From sequence record PQ306573.1: a DNA stretch of 64,000 bases; one strand, 5' to 3'. The notes below the pieces were generated by a model, which saw only the letters and a list, made by a program, of their open reading frames with translations, did no database searches and was not told the origin of the DNA. Below, in pieces: positions 59,940 to 64,000 of the stretch. Both the position numbers and the translations under genes were made by a program. The first letter of the stretch is position 1; the number at the start of each line of letters is the position of its first letter. Origin of the DNA: Escherichia phage vB_EcoM_PTE-Eco05.

Positions 59940-60959
59940 ATGAAAATTTTGCACTTAGGCGACTTCCATATCGGAGTCAAACAAGACGACCCATGGGTTC
60001 AAGATATTCAACGTGATGGTATTCGTCAAGCAATTGAATACTCTAAGAAACACGGGATTAAAACTTGGATTCAGTATGGTGATTGGTTTGACGTCCGTAA
60101 AGCAATAACACATCGTACAATGGAATTCAATCGTGAAATCGTTGATATGATTTCTAAAGCAGGCATTCACGTTCATGTCACGATAGGAAACCATGACATG
60201 GCGTTTAAGAATACAATAACACCTAACACTGTTTCTGAATTGTTAACTCAATTTGAAAACTTTACTATTTACGAGCATCCGACTACTGTAGATTTTGACG
60301 GATGTCTGATTGATATCGTTCCATGGATGTGTGAAGAAAATACAGGTGAAATCTTAGAGCACATCAAGACTTCTTCCGCAGCGTATTGTGTTGGGCACTG
60401 GGAACTGAATGGCTTTTATTTCTATAAAGGAATGAAGTCTCATGGGCTTGAACCTGATTTCTTAAAGACCTATAAACAAGTCTGGTCCGGCCACTTCCAC
60501 ACAATCTCTGAAGCTGCTAACGTCAAATATATTGGGACACCATGGACCCTTACTGCAGGCGATGAGAACGACCCGCGCGGATTCTGGGTATTTGACACTG
60601 ATGTTGAACGTATGGAATTTATTCCTAATGAAACAACATGGCATCGACGAATCACTTATCCGTTTAAAGGCAAAATCAATTATTCTGATTATACTAATCT
60701 AGCCGTACGTGTTATAGTATCAGAAATTGATTCAGAGTTGACTAAGTTTGAATCTGAACTTGAAAAAGTAGTTCACTCTCTTCGTATGGTTTCTAAAGTT
60801 GATAACAGTGTTGAATCTGATGATGACCAGGAAATCGAGATTAAATCACTTAAAGATATCATTAAAGAATATATTGACGCGATTCCAGATATCTCAGACG
60901 AAGACAGAGAAGCGCTGGTCAAATATTCCAACGAACTTTATATTGAGGCAACACAATGA
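59940..60959 (+). CDS. 47: recombination nuclease subunit gp47 (Mre11-like)
   Basis: 339 aa; phosphoesterase motifs LHLGDFH, GDWFD, GNHD. Confidence 0.93.
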   Translation: MKILHLGDFHIGVKQDDPWVQDIQRDGIRQAIEYSKKHGIKTWIQYGDWFDVRKAITHRTMEFNREIVDMISKAGIHVHVTIGNHDMAFKNTITPNTVSELLTQFENFTIYEHPTTVDFDGCLIDIVPWMCEENTGEILEHIKTSSAAYCVGHWELNGFYFYKGMKSHGLEPDFLKTYKQVWSGHFHTISEAANVKYIGTPWTLTAGDENDPRGFWVFDTDVERMEFIPNETTWHRRITYPFKGKINYSDYTNLAVRVIVSEIDSELTKFESELEKVVHSLRMVSKVDNSVESDDDQEIEIKSLKDIIKEYIDAIPDISDEDREALVKYSNELYIEATQ

Positions 60960-61213
60960 CTTTAGATGAATTTAACAATGCTGGGCTCGGGCTTGAAGTT
61001 GAAATAGACGTTAAAGATGATGATGGATTCGAGAACACCATCAAGTATTGGATTGAGCCATTACGCGTTGAAGGCAATGAAGTTAAAGCAGTTCATGTCT
61101 GCACCGACTGGGCTATTGAATTTAGCTTTAATATAATGGACAACGATACTCCCGGCTCTATTCTTAAAATGGCTGAAGCGTGTATTGAGGATGCGTATAA
61201 TGACGAAGACTGA
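60956..61213 (+). CDS. small acidic protein (46.1 position)
   Basis: 85-aa ORF between 47 and 46. Confidence 0.55.
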   Translation: MTLDEFNNAGLGLEVEIDVKDDDGFENTIKYWIEPLRVEGNEVKAVHVCTDWAIEFSFNIMDNDTPGSILKMAEACIEDAYNDED

Positions 61214-61439
61214 TTATGAAATCCATCGTCATGAATTTAGTATTGGTGACGGTTATATTGGTATCGTTGAATGGACTGAGAATTACGAGGAGACAACTCC
61301 TCGTTTCTTTGGAACAATGTATGTTACCTGTGAGTATGCACCAGGTGTTGTTATGTATGCAGAACTAGATGAATATTTTGCTGATAGAGATGACATGTTA
61401 AAATATGTAGAGGACTTCATTCGAAGAGAATACATATGA
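61185..61439 (+). CDS. small hypothetical protein (46.2 position)
   Basis: 84-aa ORF; true start may be at 61200. Confidence 0.5.
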   Translation: MRMRIMTKTDYEIHRHEFSIGDGYIGIVEWTENYEETTPRFFGTMYVTCEYAPGVVMYAELDEYFADRDDMLKYVEDFIRREYI

Positions 61440-63124
61440 AATCATTTAAATTAAATCGTGTTCGTTATAAAAATATAATGTCTGTTGGGCAAAATTTTAT
61501 CGATATCCAATTAGATAAAGTCCAAAAGACCTTAATCACAGGTAAAAATGGCGGTGGTAAATCTACGATGTTAGAAGCCATTACTTTCGGACTTTTCGGT
61601 AAACCATTTCGTGATGTTAAGAAAGGACAAATCATTAATAGCACGAACAAGAAAGAGCTCTTAGTTGAGCTTTGGATGGAATTCGATGATAAAAAATACT
61701 TCATTAGACGTGGCCAAAAGCCCAATATTTTCGAAATCTCCGTTGACGGTGTTCGTCTCGATGAATCTGCCAGCAGTCGTGACTTCCAAGAAGAATTTGA
61801 ACGTAGCATCGGAATGTCATATGCGTCTTTTAAACAAATCGTTGTGCTTGGGACGGCAGGGTATACCCCTTTCATGGCTCTTAGCACCCCTGCTCGTAGA
61901 AAACTTGTCGAAGACCTTTTAGAAGTCGGCACACTCGCTGAAATGGATAAAATCAATAAGTCTCAAGTTCGCGAACTTAATTCTCAGGGACAAGTTCTTG
62001 ATGCCAAGAAAGATGGTATTATCCAACAAATTAAGATTTATAACGAGAATATCGAACGTCAAAAGAAATTATCTGGTGATAATGTAGCGCGTCTACAGAA
62101 TATGTATGACGACCTAGCCAAAGAAGCTCGTTCATTAAAAGCAGAAATCGAAGAAGCTAATGAGCGACTACTTAATATCGTTCTTGATGAAGACCCTACT
62201 GAGGCATTCAACAAGATAGGACAAGAAGCATTCTTGATTAAATCTAAAATTGACTCATATAACAAAGTTATTAAGATGTATCATGATGGCGGTACATGTC
62301 CTACTTGTGCATCACAGTTGCACCAGGGTGATCCTATTGTCTCTAAGATTACCGATAAGCTTCATGAATGTAATCACTCATTCGAGCAACTTACATGTCA
62401 CAGAGATAATCTGAGTGTCCTAGTGGACGAATATAGAGCTAATGTTAAGACTAAACAGGACCTTGCATCTGATATTCGTACCAAGAAACAAGCAATGATT
62501 GCCACTATTGATAAAGCTAAGAAAGTTAAAGCTGCAATAGAACAAGCCTCGGCGGAATTTATCGACCATGCCGATGAGATAGCTTTGCTTCAAAAAGAAC
62601 TTGATAAAATCATTAAAACAAAATCGGATATCGTTCTTGAAAAATACCATCGTGGTATTATCACAGATATGTTAAAAGATTCTGGTATTAAAGGTGCTAT
62701 CATTAAAAAATATGTGCCTCTGTTCAACAAGCAGATTAACCATTATCTTAAAATCATGGAAGCTGATTACGTGTTTTCTATTGACGAAGAATTCAATGAA
62801 TCTATAAAATCACGTGGTCGTGAAGAGTTCAGTTATGCTTCATTTAGTCAAGGCGAAAAAGCACGCATTGATATCGCGTTGTTGTTTACATGGCGAGATA
62901 TTGCTGAAAAGGTCTCTGGTGTTAAAATCAACACTCTGATTCTTGATGAGGTTTTTGATGGGGCAGTTGATTCTGAAGCTGTTAAGGCTATAGATACCAT
63001 TCTTGGAAGTTTACAAAATACTAACGTGTTCATTATTTCTCATAGGGACCATGACCCTCAACGTTATGGACAACATTTGCAAATGAGCAAAGTTGGACGA
63101 TTTACTGTAATGACTGTTTCATAA
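61436..63124 (+). CDS. 46: recombination ATPase subunit gp46 (Rad50-like)
   Basis: 562 aa; Walker A GKNGGGKST, central coiled coil with CPTC zinc hook, C-terminal signature/Walker B region LILDEVFD. Confidence 0.93.
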   Translation: MKSFKLNRVRYKNIMSVGQNFIDIQLDKVQKTLITGKNGGGKSTMLEAITFGLFGKPFRDVKKGQIINSTNKKELLVELWMEFDDKKYFIRRGQKPNIFEISVDGVRLDESASSRDFQEEFERSIGMSYASFKQIVVLGTAGYTPFMALSTPARRKLVEDLLEVGTLAEMDKINKSQVRELNSQGQVLDAKKDGIIQQIKIYNENIERQKKLSGDNVARLQNMYDDLAKEARSLKAEIEEANERLLNIVLDEDPTEAFNKIGQEAFLIKSKIDSYNKVIKMYHDGGTCPTCASQLHQGDPIVSKITDKLHECNHSFEQLTCHRDNLSVLVDEYRANVKTKQDLASDIRTKKQAMIATIDKAKKVKAAIEQASAEFIDHADEIALLQKELDKIIKTKSDIVLEKYHRGIITDMLKDSGIKGAIIKKYVPLFNKQINHYLKIMEADYVFSIDEEFNESIKSRGREEFSYASFSQGEKARIDIALLFTWRDIAEKVSGVKINTLILDEVFDGAVDSEAVKAIDTILGSLQNTNVFIISHRDHDPQRYGQHLQMSKVGRFTVMTVS

Positions 63125-63178
63125 ACGCTTTAACACGATGTGGTTATAATGACCACATCAAATTAAATGGAGAACAAC

Positions 63179-63367
63179 ATGGAGTATTCAACTGGACAAC
63201 ATCTTCTCGTTGTCCCTGAAATTAAAAAATATGTTTTGACCAATACGTTTTCAGGTGAAGAACATATTGTCACTGAACAAATGCTCAAATCTGCTTTTAA
63301 AGATGAGTATAATAAAATAATGTCTAATCGCAATTCCGCATGGACAGTTACCGACTTCTACGAATAA
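63179..63367 (+). CDS. small hypothetical protein (45.2 position)
   Basis: 62 aa from MEYSTGQHLL after GGAG. Confidence 0.55.
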   Translation: MEYSTGQHLLVVPEIKKYVLTNTFSGEEHIVTEQMLKSAFKDEYNKIMSNRNSAWTVTDFYE

Positions 63368-63379
63368 GAGAGAAATAAT

Positions 63380-63796
63380 ATGTTTACTACTGCTAAAGGT
63401 TTTACCGCTGCTGATCTGAAAGTTACTTCTATCCGTACTGACGCTAACCCGCATAACCATAATCGTGTTCGTAAAGCATGGGTCCTGCATTGTGATGACG
63501 CAAGTGCTAAAAAACTCCAATCTTTGCCACAAGAAACTCGTTTTATGATTTATGGTTTTATTGATAACGATGTGTCGGATATGTGGATTCATTTGATGCG
63601 TAAGCACTATAAAGATTCTATTGAAGCTGGCGGAAAAATCGTTCTTGATAAAGACGGTTCTGAACGCCTTGAAGATTTTTACTGTGTTGATGCCGACGAA
63701 CAACTAATTGCAGCTGGCGAAATTGTTGCTTCTAAAATTCCAGAATATATTGAATCACTGCCTGAAGCTATTAAAAAGCAGATGGTTGCTGCATAA
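63380..63796 (+). CDS. rpbA: RNA polymerase binding protein RpbA-like
   Basis: 138-aa ORF immediately upstream of gene 45; assigned by synteny and size. Confidence 0.7.
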   Translation: MFTTAKGFTAADLKVTSIRTDANPHNHNRVRKAWVLHCDDASAKKLQSLPQETRFMIYGFIDNDVSDMWIHLMRKHYKDSIEAGGKIVLDKDGSERLEDFYCVDADEQLIAAGEIVASKIPEYIESLPEAIKKQMVAA

Positions 63797-63838
63797 TAAA
63801 TTTGTTATAAACTTTGAATTGTCTTGAAAGGAAATAAA

Positions 63839-64000
63839 ATGAAACTGTCTAAAGATACTATCGCTATTCTGAAAAACTTCGCTTCTATTAACTCTGGCAT
63901 TCTGCTGAGTCAAGGTAAATTTATTATGACTCGTGCAGTTAATGGCACCACTTATGCGGAAGCAAATATCTCTGATGAAATTGATTTTGACGTAGCACTT
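63839..64000 (+). CDS. 45: sliding clamp gp45 (5-prime part; continues beyond window)
   Basis: MKLSKDTIAILKNFASINSGILLSQGKFIMTRAVNGTTYAEANISDEIDFDVAL matches recalled T4 gp45 N-terminus. Confidence 0.93.
   Translation, partial: MKLSKDTIAILKNFASINSGILLSQGKFIMTRAVNGTTYAEANISDEIDFDVAL

Overview
This window is a contiguous segment of a T4-like (Tevenvirinae) myovirus genome, in reverse-complement orientation relative to the usual T4 map. All homology calls rest on my recollection of T4 reference proteins and on motifs read directly from the ORF translations; no database search was run. Positions 1-20515 (minus strand) hold a collinear late structural block: terminase (17, 16), tail/neck (15, 14, 13), fibritin (wac), short tail fiber (12) and the baseplate genes 11-10-9-8-7-6-5.4-5-53. 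From 20577 to the end (plus strand) lie genes 4-2-3-1-57A-57B, then a long accessory region, then the nrdC-49-nrdD-nrdG block, 55, 47, 46, rpbA and the 5-prime end of 45. The accessory region holds seven capsid-targeted internal-protein genes, three tRNAs plus a tRNA-like RNA, two homing-endonuclease genes, e (lysozyme), nudE, denV, regB, tk, rI and many small ORFs of unknown function. Most early genes sit behind T4-type early promoters (GTTTAC-N17/18-TATAAT), many embedded in repeated promoter/stem-loop cassettes; T4 late promoters (TATAAATA) and a four-copy terminator family are also present. The most interesting items are candidate anti-defence genes (57B/Acb1-like, vs.4/Acb2-like, a macro-domain gene), a grcA-like gene with a host-like codon segment, a tandem triplet of small paralogs with a conserved C-terminal motif, a frameshifted NUMOD3/DUF559-like endonuclease gene overlapping a tRNA, and promoter cassettes whose spacer is complementary to the downstream Shine-Dalgarno sequence.
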